Below, in pieces: positions 1-13,173 of a stretch of DNA of 64,000 nucleotides. This DNA is from Eledone cirrhosa (Eukaryota), in the NCBI GenBank assembly GCA_964016885.1, contig OZ024742.1, positions 127,224,001 through 127,288,000 of the forward strand, written 5' to 3'. The notes under the pieces are model-generated. The model made no database searches. It was given only the letters and a program-made list of their open reading frames with translations, and was not told the origin of the DNA. The first letter of the stretch is position 1; the number at the start of each line of letters is the position of its first letter. Made by a program: the position numbers and the translations under genes.

Positions 1-1105
1 AATAGATTACAACGCTGGGGCACCATTTTATTAAATTATGATTTTAAGATGGAGTATCTACCATCCAAAACATTAGGAGACGCTGATGCTCTATCAAGAT
101 TGATAGCTAAAAATAGTGAACCATTTAAAGTCATTAAGATCTGAAAAAGAAATAAAAAGTATATTATGTAACGTAGTACGGGAATTGCTTGTTACCTTAG
201 AAGAAATAAGATTAAAAGCAGAAGACATTTTTATTATGAAAATGAAAAGATTACCGAGAGCAGAAAAAATAAATAAAAATATGCGGTTTGCAGAACGCAA
301 CCCGGATTCGAACTCGTACTCCATTTGTGACAATGTACTGATGTATGCACAAAGAGTAGTAATACCGGTCACACTACAATGGTGAATATTAAATGAATTT
401 CACATTGGTCATCCGGGAGTATCGAGAAGGAAAGCTCTTATGAGAAGTTATGTACAATGGCCCAAAATGTACCAAGAGATTGAAAAGTTGGTAAAATCAT
501 GCATAGGTTGTGCTCTGGCAGCAAAATCGCTTACCACAAAAGTTCAACCTTGACTAAAAACAGATATTCCATGGTCCAGACTACATATAGATTCCGCAGG
601 TCCACTAAACGGATCACATTATCTTGTAGTGGTAGGTAGATTTACTAAATGGCCTTAAAGTTTTAAGTGTAAAAAAAACAACCTCCACGGTTACAGTAAG
701 TTTTTTAAACGAATGGTTTACAAGATATGGTATTCCTGATACCATAGTTTCTGATAATGGGACACAATTCACTGCATATGAATTTAAAAGATTTTGTAAA
801 ATGTTCTCTATTGAACATGTTACCACTCCACCGTATCACCTAATGTCAAATGGACAAGCGGAACAGTTTGTGGATACATTTAAGAAAGCAAACAATGAAA
901 TAGTAGATGATTTAGCACTTCAACAATTCTTAAGGGTATACCATGTAACACCTAATCCTGAGGCCATAGCACCTGTGGAATTGATGTTCGCAAAGAAAAT
1001 TAAGTCAGTTTGTGATGAATTGTTACCGAGTCGAAAAAGAAAAATATCGGATAACAAAAATAAGACATTTTCTAAAATTGGCGATGAAGTTTTTTTTAGA
1101 ATATA
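1..1105 (+). mobile_element. Ty3/Gypsy LTR retrotransposon pol remnant (end of RNase H, HHCC zinc finger, integrase core), degenerate
   Basis: Frame 1 begins NRLQRWGTILLNYDFKMEYL...ADALSRL. It is followed by H-x-GHPG...C-x2-C, PWSRLHIDSAGP, YGIPDTIVSDNGTQF and TTPPYHLMSNGQAEQFV, with stops and frameshifts. Confidence 0.9.
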
Positions 1106-1395
1106 CTAGCAGAATGCCCCTGCGTTGCTCGGGATTTGCTCGAGGGTTCTTATATATTTGATATATATTTATCCTTATCGGGCCTCGTGAAATAAATACG
1201 TTTGTTTATATTTTGTTATTGTGTATGCAAAAATATCTGTACACGAATATATAATTATATATATATATATATATATTAAAATTACAGATTAAAGTTTAAG
1301 CAAAGAATCGCTGCTTTCACCCTTAACGGGATCTTCTGAAACTAAAAAAAAATCAATCTGTGAACGCAGAAGTAAATATTTCGAAAAACCTTACA

Positions 1396-1431
<36 letters not shown>

Positions 1432-1776
1432 TATATATATATACATATATATCTATATATATATACATATATATACACACACACACACACACACAGAGTC
1501 GTAATCCAGACAGCCAGGCATACAGACAGATATTATAAGGGCGCGACGTTGTAGCTATGTATCTATCTAAAAAGAGACAGACTAAGAATTATAGAGAGAT
1601 ATTGCTTTTTCGCCTAATGCGGTCCCTAGGGCATTGAAAATTTGAAATATTTTTTGCTCAAAACACACACACGACCATAAGTATTACATGTGTAAAGTTT
1701 GGTAAACAATCGGTTGGGTGATTCTCGAGTTTTAGGGAGTCAGACAGACTGACAATCTCTGTTTTCGATATATAGA
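1106..1776 (-). mobile_element. Non-autonomous Helitron-like element inserted in the Gypsy integrase
   Basis: On the minus strand it starts TCTATATATC and ends with hairpin CCCGAGCAACGCAGGG plus CTAG. It lies between A and T with no TSD and is homologous to 12297-13173. Confidence 0.85.
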
Positions 1777-2011
1777 TAAAAATAGTAAAGAAATATTGGA
1801 AGATGGCGTGATAAGTAAACAAATTGAAAAAATGTTGTATATGGTAAAAGGTCACAAATGGGAACATAAGAGACATATAAATCAGTTTAAAAAAAGGTTT
1901 GTTGAAGAAAGGGTCACGAGAAATGAAGAACCAATCGAAATGTTATATGATATTTTCAATATGCCAACCCCCAAAGAAATCATTGAACCTACACGTACAA
2001 GGAAAGGGAAA
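1777..2011 (+). mobile_element. Gypsy integrase C-terminal region (continuation)
   Basis: KNSKEILEDGVISKQIEKMLYMVKGHKWEHKRHINQ is in frame with FFRIY once 1106-1776 is removed. Confidence 0.8.
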
Positions 2012-3796
2012 CACCGTGTAACATATTTTTTGTTCCCCGGTTCTAAGTGTCATTTGCTGGTTTGTTATATCCCATTATTATTAAAAAAACACTATTATTT
2101 AATCAGAACTTTGGGTTTGTGGTCAGGAGTTTGATATTTCGAAATTTTCATATTTTTCAAGAAAAAACACATTTTTTTTAAATTTATCAGTTCATATAAT
2201 TAAATCAACAGAGTATATATTTATTTTATTACACAAGCTTATCAAAAGCAAACAAGTAAAAACAAATAGCACTTATAAAGCAACTTATAAACGTCAGAAA
2301 TGACTGGATTTCCTGGATTTGCGGTTGTAGTCCAGGTTGCATTCCCGCACTAGCCCCCAGATATAGTCCCCCATAATTTTTTCATTGTAGTGGCCCTGGT
2401 ACCTCCGCTCTATCTTTTTCACATCTTGGTGGAATCGTTCGCCTTGTTCTTCTGAGTAGCCCATATTGTGCTTTAAATTTTCCAGGTGAGCGTCCAGCAT
2501 ATGGGGTTTAAGCGACATCCTGCATCCCATGGCGCCAAAATCCTTTATCAGATCCTGCACCAGTTGCTGGTAGTTTTCAGCTCTGTAGTTGCCCAGGAAG
2601 CCCTTAACAACTGCCTTGAAACAGTTCCATGCTGTTCTCTCAATCCTATTGAGCTTATTGGAGAACTCCGCAGACTCAAACACCTTCTTTATCTGAGGTC
2701 CAACAAAAATTCCACGTTTGATTTTGGCCTCAGATAACTTGGGGAAGAACTCAAGAAGGTACTTAAAAGCAGCTGATTCTTGGTTGAGAGCCTTCACAAA
2801 CTGCTTCATCAACCCCAACTTAATGTGCAGTGGCGGCATGAGCACAATCCTGAGATCAACCAGTGGCTCCCACATGACGTTCCGGGTCGCAACTACAAAT
2901 TCTGTTCGATGCTCCCAGTTCTTTCTTTTGTAGTGGTCAGAGGTGGCTCTGCTGTCCCAAAGGCAGAGGAAGCATTGGGATTTGATAAAGCCTCCTTGAA
3001 GTCCAAGCAGGAAAGCCACCATCTTGAAGTCTCCAATGATTTCCCAATTGTACTGGTTGTATTGCAGAGCTTCCAAGAGGACTTTCACACTGTAGTAATC
3101 TTCCTTCAGGCAGACTGAATGAGCTAGGGGCAGTGTCGTGAACTTGTTTCCATTGTGGAGGAGGACAGCCTTCAAATTTGTGGTGGAGCTGTCTATAAAT
3201 AGCCGCCACTCCTTGGGCACAAACGGCACCCCAATAACGTCAAACAGTCCAGGCACGTCATGGCAGAAGCAGAGGCCATCCCTAAGAGTGTAAAAGCCTG
3301 AGAAAGGTTCGTGTCGACTTCTCTGATTTGTCACCTACACTTCCTCCTTGACCAAGTTCCACTGCTTCATCCTGGAGACGAATAGCTCTGCATTGGACTT
3401 GGTCAGACCCATACCCTGACCAAGTCATTGACTTCTTTTGGGTTTGGGAAGTGAGGAACATTTTCTGGTACCCCAGTATCAATAAATCTCTTTAATCCAC
3501 TTTTTAACAATTTTATACTTTATTGCACTTTTATAATTTTCTTTAGATATTACTCTTTATTTTATAATTTTAATTTAACCTGAAACTATATTAAAAAAAA
3601 TCATTTAACATAAGCAAATTAAACTTACATACAACGTAAAATCCAACATACAAATAATTCTAGTGAAAGCAAAGAATTTTTAAAAACCCAAACTTTTAAC
3701 TGTTTAATAGCACTTTTGTTTTATTTGGCACCTAAGCAATACAAAAAAGTGATTACAAGCCAGGAACAGAGAAAAAAAAATGTTTGTTACATGGTG
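2012..3796 (-). mobile_element. DNA transposon, Chapaev3-like (CMC superfamily), internally deleted
   Basis: Terminal inverted repeats CACC(G/A)TGTAACA at 2012 and 3796 enclose a transposase ORF. No clear TSD. Confidence 0.75.
2294..3478 (-). pseudogene. Chapaev3-like transposase, N-terminally truncated (346-aa ORF at 2294-3334)
   Basis: Motifs EWRLFIDSS, LKAVLLHNGN, GDFKMVAFLLGLQGG, CFLCLWDSR, PPLHIKLGLMKQFVKA, GIFVGPQI and EEQGERFHQD. Confidence 0.8.
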
Positions 3797-3865
3797 AGCG
3801 GATCCAAAACGTAAAAAATAGTAAGCTTCGGGCGGAGTTTAGTTCTCAAAAAGGAAGAGGTGGGG
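3797..3865 (+). mobile_element. Gypsy pol 3' end and polypurine tract; 3' LTR probably follows
   Basis: DPKRKK-stop is followed by the purine run AAAAAGGAAGAGG and then TG. Confidence 0.5.
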
Positions 3866-4307
3866 TGAAAACTGAATATATATATATATCAACTAGAAAT
3901 TGATTGACATATATATATATATATATCTAAAATAAACATATGAAACAATCACAGAGGATAATCTGTAAAAGTGTGCAAGCACACACAGCTATGTGGGTAC
4001 TTAATTAAAGTTTAACTAGAACTTCAAAAATAGATACCTTATAAATTGATTAATCCTCCTTATATATATTTCACCAATTAATCGATTGGTAAACGACAGA
4101 AGCCAAATCCTGGATTTTCAACAAGGCACTTATCGCGCCAGCTTCGTCCCAGTGGCGTGAATAGGGTTATCGACAACTAGAAATAGCAGTCAAGTCCTTT
4201 CAACTGAGTTAGCTCTACAATAGTAATAATAATAAATGTAAAGACTAAAATCCAAATAGGGCTCGATAAGGATAAATATATATCATATATACCCTAGAGC
4301 AAATATT

Positions 4308-4554
<247 letters not shown>

Positions 4555-4842
4555 AAATAACGAAACGAAATTAAATTTCGTTTCGTTTGTAACTCACTTT
4601 TGTATGACTGACGCTTAAACAATTAAGTTAAAAATGTACATCTACATATGCATACTGAAATACTAGTGTGTATATGAATACACACACGTATACATATGTA
4701 GGTGTAACAAGTCTTTCACTGGTTGCTTTACTGTGAGCAGCCCAGCTATTCTGTATGTAAACACACAGACAAACCGGTTTTTAGAGTCATACTGGTTTTC
4801 GGGGGAACACCTTCCCTCTATTCTCCAGAAAGCCAGACAAGG

Positions 4843-4887
4843 AATATTGAACTAGTTTCGTTGTTGTTACAACTCATCAGCAATATT
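4843..4887 (-). ncRNA. Type I hammerhead ribozyme motif (minus-strand copy)
   Basis: Exact reverse complement of 5748-5792. Confidence 0.85.
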
Positions 4888-5747
4888 TACCTATCTACCG
4901 GCCCTTCTGGAGAATTGTAAAAGCACATATCGTTATATGCTTTTTCTATGAAAATTAGTAGTGGGCAGACTAATTTGCATAGAGTGTGAGTACGCACCGG
5001 TTCAGCGGAGACGATAAAAACAAATAACGAAACGAAATTAAATTTCGTTTCGTTTGTAACTCACTTTTGTATGACTGACGCTTAAACAATTAAGTTAAAA
5101 ATGTACATCTACATATGCATACTGAAATACTAGTGTGTATATGAATACACACACGTATACATATGTAGGTGTAACAAGTCTTTCACTGGTTGCTTTACTG
5201 TGAGCAGCCCAGCTATTCTGTATGTAAACACACAGACAAACCGGTTTTTAGAGTCATACTGGTTTTCGGGGGAACACCTTCCCTCTATTCTCCAGAAAGC
5301 CAGACAAGGAAACTAGTTCAATATTCCTTGTCTGGCTTTCTGGAGAATAGAGGGAAGGTGTTCCCCCGAAAACCAGTATGACTCTAAAAACCGGTTTGTC
5401 TGTGTGGTTACATACAGAATAGCTGGGCTGCTCACAGTAAAGCAACCAGTGAAAGACTTGTTACACCTACATATGTATACGTGTGTGTATTCATATACAC
5501 ACTAGTATTTCAGTATGCATATGTAGATGTACATTTTTAACTTAATTGTTTAAGCGTCAGTCATACAAAAGTGAGTTACAAACGAAACGAAATTTAATTT
5601 CGTTTCGTTATTTGTTTTTATCGTCTCCGCTGAACCGGTGCGTACTCACACTCTATGCAAATTAGTCTGCCCACTACTAATTTTCATAGAAAAAGCATAT
5701 AACGATATGTGCTTTTACAATTCTCCAGAAGGGCCGGTAGATAGGTA

Positions 5748-5792
5748 AATATTGCTGATGAGTTGTAACAACAACGAAACTAGTTCAATATT
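5748..5792 (+). ncRNA. Type I hammerhead ribozyme motif with minimal palindromic stem III
   Basis: AATATTG-CTGATGA-GTTGT(AACA)ACAAC-GAAA-CTAG-TT-CAATATT gives a 7-bp stem I, an intact core, a 5-bp stem II and a predicted GUU cleavage site after 5785. Confidence 0.88.
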
Positions 5793-6046
5793 CCTTGTCT
5801 GGCTTTCTGGAGAATAGAGGGAAGGTGTTCCCCCGAAAACCAGTATGACTCTAAAAACCGGTTTGTCTGTGTGTTTACATACAGAATAGCTGGGCTGCTC
5901 ACAGTAAAGCAACCAGTGAAAGACTTGTTACACCTACATATGTATACGTGTGTGTATTCATATACACACTAGTATTTCAGTATGCATATGTAGATGTACA
6001 CTTTTTTAACTTAATTGTTTATATATATATATATATATATATATCC

Positions 6047-6438
6047 ACACTCCCGAGGAAGATGAATTTCAAAAGAGGAAATGTTGTAAGGGAAAACCCT
6101 GAACACCCCCGCGTAAAGGTGGGTGAGAGAGGCAAGAATGGCTCGAGTGAATGGGCCTGCCCTGAGCGTGTACCTGTAGTAATAGAGTAGGACAACTGGA
6201 AGAGGGTGCTTGCCCTAGCAGTCAGGGTGACCGTGTCTTTTGTGGGCTTTCTCTACGAGTAACCCTCATCTTTGGGGAATTTATGTTTATTTTTTTTAAA
6301 TGTTTATTTTCTTAATCTCTGTTATAAATTCTATTTTACACAAAAAAACCCACACTGTATCGTCCTGTACCGTCTTTAATGTCTCCTTAACGTGAGCCCT
6401 GTGTGGCTAATAAAGAAAGCATTATTATTGTTATTATT
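6047..6438 (+). mobile_element. Tx1/L1-type LINE 3' fragment with (ATT)n tail
   Basis: RWVREARMARVNGPAL-like ORF2 end, then a 3' UTR, AATAAA and (ATT)n. Confidence 0.75.
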
Positions 6439-9400
6439 GGTCTGTTCGGAGGTCTTTTTGTTCGCTCTCGTAAGTCGCTTTATTTACCTGTCATAATTAT
6501 TTATTGTTAATTTGTTGTTGTTGTGTAAGGGGTATAAGCCCTTGGATTTGCCCTGTGAAAGGGAAAGTATAATATTTGGGCCTTTTGGCCCAAATATTTG
6601 AACTTTTTACATTTAAAAATTATCGGAAAAAAAACATGGCTAAGCCACGCCCCCCAGCGATATGTCTGCTGTCGTGCGATAACGACGTAAAAGTTGAGAG
6701 GAGCGTTACGGCGAACACAGAAATTGATACAACAAACACCACCACAAACAACGTGAACAAAGACAGAAATGACAACAACACTGAGAACACTAATTTTGAA
6801 AAAAATGACTACACCAACCACAATAGTAACAGCGACAACCAAAATACAGACAACAGAAAAAATGACAACAAATGCAACAACAATACAAATTGCACCGAGA
6901 ACAACAACAACAACGGCGGCACCAAAGATACAACCAACTGCAACAGTGATAACAGCAAGAACAAGAAGAATATTTTCGCTGCGACAGCAGCCAAAAAGAG
7001 GCCATGCTTCAGCATGGACCTCTCGACCAAAGATGAAAAGTTGGCCCAGGCCTGGAAGCTCATCAAGCAAGAGCAAACCTTGGCCAACTTAACTGTCCCG
7101 GTAGAAGCTATTAAAGCAGTGGATCGCAGAACGGTGCATTACAGATGCATCTCAGCAGAAACAAGAGGGCAGCTTTAATTGCACAAGCAGATGTCGAAGT
7201 CGCGCTGAGGTGCATCAGGGATGACACCGAATACATAGCGAGGAGCAGACAATAAGGCACCATTTCGGTGGTGTTTAAGTCAGAAGCACTCGCTATGAAA
7301 CATGCTCTGACACCTTGCAAAACCAGCAAGGTCATAATGTACCCCCTGCCACATTGGATAAAGAACAACCCGTCTCCACATTCTCAGAATCCCACCAGGA
7401 CTTGACATGTGGTGGCTTCAGGGATGTGTGATTGTGGAGGGGACGGATACCGTCCCGATAGAAGCAACAAGAACTGCCAGAGAGGATAGGTCCGGGGTTG
7501 ACCTGGAGATACTTCTCGAGATCAGGCCGGAGAATATCAAAACAATTCCGGACCTCATCCGTCTTCAGAACGGGATGGTAATTCAGAATATGACTGAGGG
7601 TAAAAGGCCGCATTGTTTCGTTTATGGGGAAAAAGCCCATTTGCGAGCCTTCTACCCCCAACTGATGAAAGACGCAAGGGGTCGAAGGGCTCCACTGTTG
7701 CCGGCGCCGGGGCGAGGACCACAACCAACACCATCACCGGCACAACCTCCAGCAACAACACCAATAGTAACACCACCACCAACATTGCCCACCCAGGGCG
7801 GAAACGAGGAAAGTTGTCAAATCCCCCCTCCCCAAATACACACATCAATAAAAACATAAACACACACACAGACACAGGCACACTTACAGACACAGGCACA
7901 CTTACAGACACAGACCCCTCCTTTACCAGTAGTGAAGATGAGGGAAAACCCAAATCCCCAAAAAATACAAAAAAGGAAGCGCAAAAAGAAAAAAAACTCA
8001 ACAAAGCACAAAAATACCCACAATAAAAAATGCAGGCACCACCCACGCAAACATCTCCCCAACAACAACAATATCAACACCACCATCATCATCACCATCA
8101 CCAGAATCCCCCAAACGCAAACAACCTATACAGACGCAAGAACAAATGCACACACAAACATCTGAAACCACAGACACCGCACTCACAACAAACACAGACA
8201 CAACCGAAACAACACCACAAAAACCATCACCACCACAGTCAAGCAAACAAATAAAATCACACCAACAAAACATACAAAACTTCGTGCTTGTCAGGAGGGC
8301 CAACAAGGAACTGATGGCCCTCGTAGCACGAAGTAAAGAAATACAAAAAGAGGGGGACATTTTTTAATCGAGCATATTTCGCGTGCTGGAAGATTTGTTT
8401 CTGGTGCGAATGTCGCTCGATTTATACAGAGATACGAGACAGCTTTCCTCGGGACGTGGGAACCCAGAACGTAAAACCCACTTCAAGACTTGTAAAGGGG
8501 TTTCCAAAAGAAACCCCACCAACTATAGAAGTCGAACCACCCGACCTTCACAAGAGCCCGGAAGGTAAGGAAACCTTTCTTCTCTCTCTTTTAGCCTGCC
8601 AACATGGCCGTATTAAGAGTAGGAAGTTTAAATGTTCGAGGCCTAGGATCGTTCTGAAAGCAGGGTCACCTGCTCAACAACCTCAGGTCTCCAGAAATGG
8701 ATGTAATTGCCGTAAGCGAACCAGGATTTCTGACACGCGCGCACTAAGCCCTATTTCCGACGACTATCAGATCTTCGCATCTGTTAGAAGGGAAGTGGTG
8801 TGGCAGTGCTGTTTAGGAAAGGCTTGGATCTCGAGGTAAGGTCGCTCTTCCGGGACCCAAACGGTAAGTTGGTAGTCCTGGACGTGAACAATAGCAAAGA
8901 TGGTGCCTTTAGACTGGTAGTCGGCTACGCCCCTACTGGGGCAGGACGGCCAGACTTCTTTAGACGCCTGGAAGCCTTTCTGGGTACGTCTCGTCCTTTA
9001 CTGTTAGCGGGGGACTGGAACGGCATCTTAGACGCACGCTGGGACTGTGTGGGAGTATCCGATAGGACCGGGGGGGGGGGGGTAAAGCCCCAAGTACCTG
9101 ATCAGCCAGTTCCAACTGTCTGACAGGTATCGACTAGATTTCCCTAATGCGCCAGTGTGGACCTGAACCAACTGCATAGGGTCATCTAGATCGTATATAG
9201 ACAGGATATTCATTAGGAAAATAGACAGAAATAGTGTAAGCTGTCCACGTTTTAAAACAGTCGCCTATTCAGACCACAAGTTGGGCTCTGTATGGTAGAC
9301 CTAGATAAGACGCGTAGGTTAGGACCTGGTTACTGGAAGCTGAACATGTCATTTCCGGCACAAGGCTTACAGGCACCGGGTCAACAATTTAGTTAAGAAA

Positions 9401-11543
9401 AAATTGACAGGGGGAGTCGCCAACAATAGATGGTGGGGGGGCTCTCAAAAGAGAGATTAGAGTAATGTCGATAGGGTTTAGCAAAGAAGTAGCATTAGAG
9501 AAAAATAGAAAGGCGGGGGAGCTGGTAGATAAGTTAGACGAGGCTATTTGTAGTGGCATTGCAACTGACGTCCTAGCGGCCAGAATGGCATTAGATCGTT
9601 TCTTCAATGCGAAACACGAAGGTTGCATTGTCAGAGCTAAGGCGCGTGCGTTGAGAAACTAGGGAACCAAAGCTGTTCGACGGGCCCGCGTGGCAGAGGT
9701 GCAGAGTGGTAGTAAAACCACAATTCGGTCTTTGACGAACCGAGACGGATACGACCTGAGCGATTCCAAGCGGATGTGTGAGGCCTTTCGCCAACATTTT
9801 GCTCGGTTATTCGGGGGAAGTGGCGGGTCAGAGACGGTGGCGGACTCCAGTCCCTACCCCGATGGCTTGCCGCAACTCTCGACGGCCGACCCTGAGCGCT
9901 GCGAAAGGCCGATTACTTCAGCCGAGATTCAGGATGCCTTTGTCGGCTGCATGAGGCGCAAGTCATCCGGTTTGGATGATCTGCCCTACGAGCTTTACGT
10001 AAATATGTCAGACTTGTTGGGTAGGGTGTAAACCTGGCTTCGGTGGGGCTCTGATCAATTTAGATCAATCGAAAGCATTCGATAGGGTCGACCATCGGTA
10101 CCTGGAGGCTGTCCTCAAGGCAGCTGGCTTCGGCCCGTCTTCAGAAGCTGGATCGCTGCAATGCACAGCGGCATCTGCTCAGTGGTCAAAGTTAATGGCC
10201 ACCTCTCGGAACCGTTTCAGATCTCCCGATCGGTCCGTCAAAGGTGCCCTCTCTCCTGCCTTCTGTACGTATTGACTCTCGAGCCTTTACTGCGGAAGCG
10301 GCTCCTTTTAAAATTCTTGTGGAGGGGACAGGCTCCATTGGTGAGGCGGTCCATCTGCTGCCACCACCGTCTACGTGGCGGGCTGGGCATGCCGTGGCTA
10401 ATGATGCGCAGACATGCGCTGAGGCTGCGGCATCTCCAGATATTTTGCCTAAACGGTGAACAGGTGTGGTCGCCGTTTGTCAGACGGGCCTTTCCGCAGT
10501 TCGTCTCTTTGACTGAGCTGCAGTTCTGGGTCAAGAAGAGACCGAGACTGGGTGACTGGCATCTGGAATGTTGCCAGACACACACTGTCCTGTACCAGGC
10601 GGGCAATGCGGTCAGTGGGACTTCCACTCTCGAGTTCTATAGAGGATTAGTGATGGTCAAGTGCGACGACTCACTCGGAGAGGCTCTGGGAGTCAACGAA
10701 GTCGAAGTAACCAGTCTGTTACGGAGGACTTTCAAGCCGAAGACGATGGATAATTTCCCCAAATCCCTCGCTTGGCAGTGCTACCGGGGGGCACTGCCGG
10801 TTCGAGATAAACTCTACAGGCACGGAAGTGCTGTCAGACGGACCTGCCCGAGATGCGCGCAGAGAGACGAAACCGTTCTTCACGAACTCGTCCAGTGTCC
10901 GTGCATTACTGACTTGTGGAATTATGTTGAACAGCCATTGTCGCGTGTAGAACGGATCCGGTTATCGGCCGAATCCATAGTGAAGATCGACCCGCCGCCT
11001 TCTTTTGGCCAGGAAGAGCAGGCAATTTTCCTCTGTCTGGTGGCAATAGCGAAAGGGGTTGTATGGTGGACCAGGCTGAAAGGACTGAAGACAGACACTT
11101 TTCTCTTCGGCCAATCCCTCATTAACTTTTTCAAGTTTCACTTGGAAAGGAAGGTGAGGAAAGAGAGAAGTGCTGCCCCACAGTACATTTGCTGAAAGGT
11201 GGGTGGATGTGGCGAGAATGGCCCATGTGAGTGGGCCTACTCTGATCATGCGCCTTTAGGTGGGTGAATTTGAGGAGGAGAGGGTGCCCTTCCCGGGTGT
11301 TCTCGAAGCGTCGGGCGGTTCAGGATTGGTGGGGTACCTGAGTGAACCCTGGGTGGTCATCCCCCCAATTGGGGAATTTCCCTTGTATTTTTATTGTTAT
11401 TTTGTTATTGTTATTTTTATTGTTTACACGTTGCATATGTAACACCCCACCACCACCACCCACTGTCCCTGTCTTTTGTATTGTGCCCTATATGTTGGCC
11501 CTTGTGGCCAATAAATGAAACTATTATTATTATTATTATTATT
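6439..11543 (+). mobile_element. Degenerate near-full-length Tx1/L1-type LINE (subfamily A)
   Basis: Broken ORF1 at ~6636-8568 has a knuckle remnant HCFVYGEKAHLRAF. ORF2 starts at ATG 8604 with APE motifs (GDWN, YIDRI, SDHK), a partly deleted RT and a C-terminal CPRC..H..C. It ends in AATAAA and (ATT)n. Confidence 0.88.
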
Positions 11544-11890
11544 CCTGGTGGCCATGGTGAAAGAGATCGTGTGGTGGACACGTCTGAAAGGGCTGAAGAC
11601 GAGCACTTACCTATTCGGCGAGGCCCGGATTAACTTTTTCAAATTTCATTTGAAAAGGAAAATCAAGGTGGAGAGGAATGTGCTCCCTTCCCAGAAATTT
11701 TTTGAAAGATGGGTGAGATAGGTGAATGGGCCTGCTCTGAGTATGCCCCTGTAAATTGGAGGTGGGAGATTCGGAGAGGGCACTTGCCCTGGTGGTCAAA
11801 GTGACTGTAGCTCTTGTGGGCTTTCTCCACGAGTAACCCTCGGTGGTCTCCCCCCTATTGGAGATTTTTTCTTTGTTTTCATTATTATTA
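11544..11890 (+). mobile_element. Tx1/L1-type LINE 3' fragment
   Basis: LVAMVKEIVWWTRLKGLK...FFKFHLKRKIKVER is homologous to the other ORF2 C-termini. The 3' UTR resembles 6190-6290. Confidence 0.8.
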
Positions 11891-11896
11891 AATATA

Positions 11897-12290
11897 TTTT
11901 CTACTTTAGGCAATAGGCCAGCAAATACCCAGTACATTACTGGTACTTTATATTATCGACCCCGTAAGGATGAAAGGCAAAGTTAACCTTGGCAGGATTT
12001 GAACTCAGAATGACAAGGGCCGTAACTCTATGTGTCAAAGCATGGTGTCCGACATTCTACCGATACTGCCAATCCACCGCCCATAGCGGTGGATTGGCAG
12101 AAGAGCGGTGGATTGGCAGAATCGGTAGAAAGTCGGACACCATGCTTTGACGCATAGAGTTACGGCCCTTGTCATTCTGAGTTCAAATCCTGCCAAGGTT
12201 AACTTTGCCTTTCATCCTTACGGGGTCGATAAAATAAAGTACCAGTAATGTACTGGGTAATTGCTGGCCTTGTGCCTAAAGTAGAAAAAA
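11897..12290. mobile_element. Head-to-head inverted pair of tRNA-derived SINEs
   Basis: Arms of ~185 bp contain the B-box-like GAGTTCAAATCC and GCCTTTCATCCTTACGGGGTCGATAAAATAAAGTACCAGT. The centre carries a short head duplication. Confidence 0.8.
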
Positions 12291-12296
12291 TGATTA

Positions 12297-12531
12297 TCTA
12301 TATATCTAAAACAGAGAATCTCTGTCTGTCTGCCTGACTCCCTAAAATTCGAGAACCACCCAACCGATTGTTTTCAAACTTTACACATGTAATACGTATG
12401 CTCGTGTGAGTGTTTTGAGCAAAAAATATTTCTAATTTTCAATGCCCTAGGGACCGCATTAGATAGCTATAACGTCGCGCCCTTATAATATCTGTATGTG
12501 TGGCTGTCTGCATTACGACATTATGACACTA

Positions 12532-12585
<54 letters not shown>

Positions 12586-13173
12586 GTGTGTAACGTTTTT
12601 TCGAAATATTTACTTTTGCGTTCACATATTGATTTTTTTAGTTTCAGAAGATCCCGTTAAGGGTTAAAGGACCGATTCTTTGCTTAAATTTTAATCTGTT
12701 ATTTTAATATATATATATATATATATATATAATTATATATTCGTGTACAGATATTTTTGCATACACAATAACAAAATATAAACAAACGTATTTATTTCAC
12801 GAGGCTCGATAAGGATAAATATATATCAAATATATGAGAACCCTAGAGCAAATATTGTTCTCATTGCTGACGAGGCAGAAGGGGATATACACGATTGGCT
12901 GAAGAAGGACGAGACTGTGTTAGTAGTATGACCAACGGCCGCTATCACACCAACAGCAGCAAAAACAACAACAACAAAAAGAGAGGGAACGCAATTACAT
13001 GCTTTTGAAAAATCTTAATGGAAAATTATTTGCCTATTCACCCAAGGCGACTTCATTTTTTATTCGGACTTCTGCATCAATTGGTGAACATACGAAGAAA
13101 CTGTTTCAGAAAGGAGGGATAAACATGCCAATCTATGTTCAGAATCCCGAGCAACGCCGGGCCATTCTGCTAG
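12297..13173 (+). mobile_element. Non-autonomous Helitron-like element
   Basis: 5' end A|TCTATATATCT, internal (TGTC)n and (TG)n, and 3' hairpin CCCGAGCAACGCCGGG followed by CTAG|T. Confidence 0.85.

Noticed and set aside
4723-5912. Repeated 63-65 aa ORFs (MLYCEQPS...)
   Set aside because: They start at TTG, arise from the repeat, and two run antisense across the hammerhead; no protein motifs.
12867-12915. CTGACGA / CTGAAGA hammerhead-like words
   Set aside because: No stem II-GAAA or closing stems.
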